From Octopus sinensis (taxonomy: Eukaryota), in the NCBI RefSeq assembly GCF_006345805.1, contig NC_043007.1, positions 5,270,001 through 5,334,000 of the forward strand: a DNA stretch of 64,000 nt, in the 5' to 3' direction. Positions 63,012 through 64,000 of this stretch are shown piece by piece. Every line of letters starts with the position of its first letter. Position 1 is the first letter of the stretch. The notes beneath the pieces were generated by a model that worked only from the letters and a program-made list of their open reading frames with translations, did not search any database and was not told the origin of the DNA. Position numbers and translations under genes: made by a program.

Positions 63012-64000
63012 TATATATATATATATGTGTGTGTATGTATATATATATATATATATATATATTATTAGATTGTCTTAACCACAGAGCCTAGCTTTCGATG
63101 TATTTTCTAGATAAGGGAATAAGAGATGTATCGAAAATGGTCCAGATTTTGCTATAGCAGCAGTAGCATCTTTGATGCTGGGTTCGCTCAAGCATGGCTG
63201 ACAGTGGGACCAAACAACAACTGCTATAACAGCAAATATCTAATTAAATGCATATTAAAAGGAACATGGTGGCCAAAGTCTGTCGAAGCCCATCCTATGT
63301 GTTCGTAATGTGTGGGCTTCTTTGAGTTTTCTTCTTCATTACATGACGACCGGGTTTGTTTTGTTCAACTAAGAACCTCAAAGCGGTGCCCCAACACGGC
63401 CGCGGTTCATTGAGGGAATCATGTTAGCGTTTCACTCATTCCCTCTGGCACACAACCATATTCCATTTTGGGAAATTTATTAAAACGATTTTTACCAAAA
63501 CAGAACACCTTCGTTAGATTTTCTTGGATTCTTGCGTTGTTAAGTCATGTGATGCTTCTCACACCTTCATATTTAAATACATTGGAAATCTGAATTATGT
63601 ATGTCCGAACGACTTCATTTATCGTTCTGTACCTCTTCGGAGTCGATGTGACAGCATAATGCAACAGGTGGTGATACCTCACATGCTGAACATATAGGGG
63701 ATTTGTGATATCGTTATAAATTGGATACCTCAGCTTCTAAACATATAGGGGATATACGATATCGTTATCAATTGCAGGTTAGCTGTTGTTTTGTCGATTA
63801 AACAATAGAAATCAGGGTGTGCTTCAAGTCAGCTCCACTGTCTCTGTTGAGGTCGGTTAAAATTCGGCCACCTTTGAACCGGGTGATGGAAAAGTGAACT
63901 GACGGGATAGTTCGGAGACATTATCATTTCCAGATAATCCCGTCACTTGTACTCTCGGGCCTAAATCTTAAAAAAAGACAATTTTCATGGTTATAATGCT

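Noticed and set aside
63765-63800. TTGCAG|GT as the next lipase exon
   Set aside because: The required phase gives an immediate TAG and no LDPA; the next exon must lie beyond the window.

Overview
AT-rich, microsatellite-saturated animal genomic DNA. The repeat families point to a coleoid cephalopod, most likely Octopus (inference, not a database match). I can support one host gene: the 5' half of a secreted pancreatic-lipase-family gene on the + strand. I reassembled four coding exons (55970-56021, 58825-58966, 59330-59495, 62399-62627; intron phases 1,2,0,1; signal peptide; GHSLG nucleophile), and the gene continues past the window end. The first ~55 kb is a transposon graveyard. It holds many 5'-truncated RTE LINE copies with a variable ~62-69 bp minisatellite in the 3' UTR and (GAT)n tails, plus fragments of a second RTE lineage, CR1-type and RLE (R4-like) LINEs, two Tc1/mariner transposase remnants (mariner-type and DD37D), four tRNA-derived SINE families, hAT and piggyBac-type MITEs, Helitrons and long foldback elements. 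Almost all ORFs in the supplied track are microsatellite artefacts. The most interesting signal is a set of minimal type I hammerhead-ribozyme motifs (CUGANGA...GAAA-C-palindrome-GUH) in several unrelated short elements. These often sit next to (TA)n and often have inverted ends, and two of them lie in lipase introns. This fits non-autonomous Penelope/retrozyme-like elements. All alignments and folds were done by eye; no ribozyme activity or database identity has been tested.
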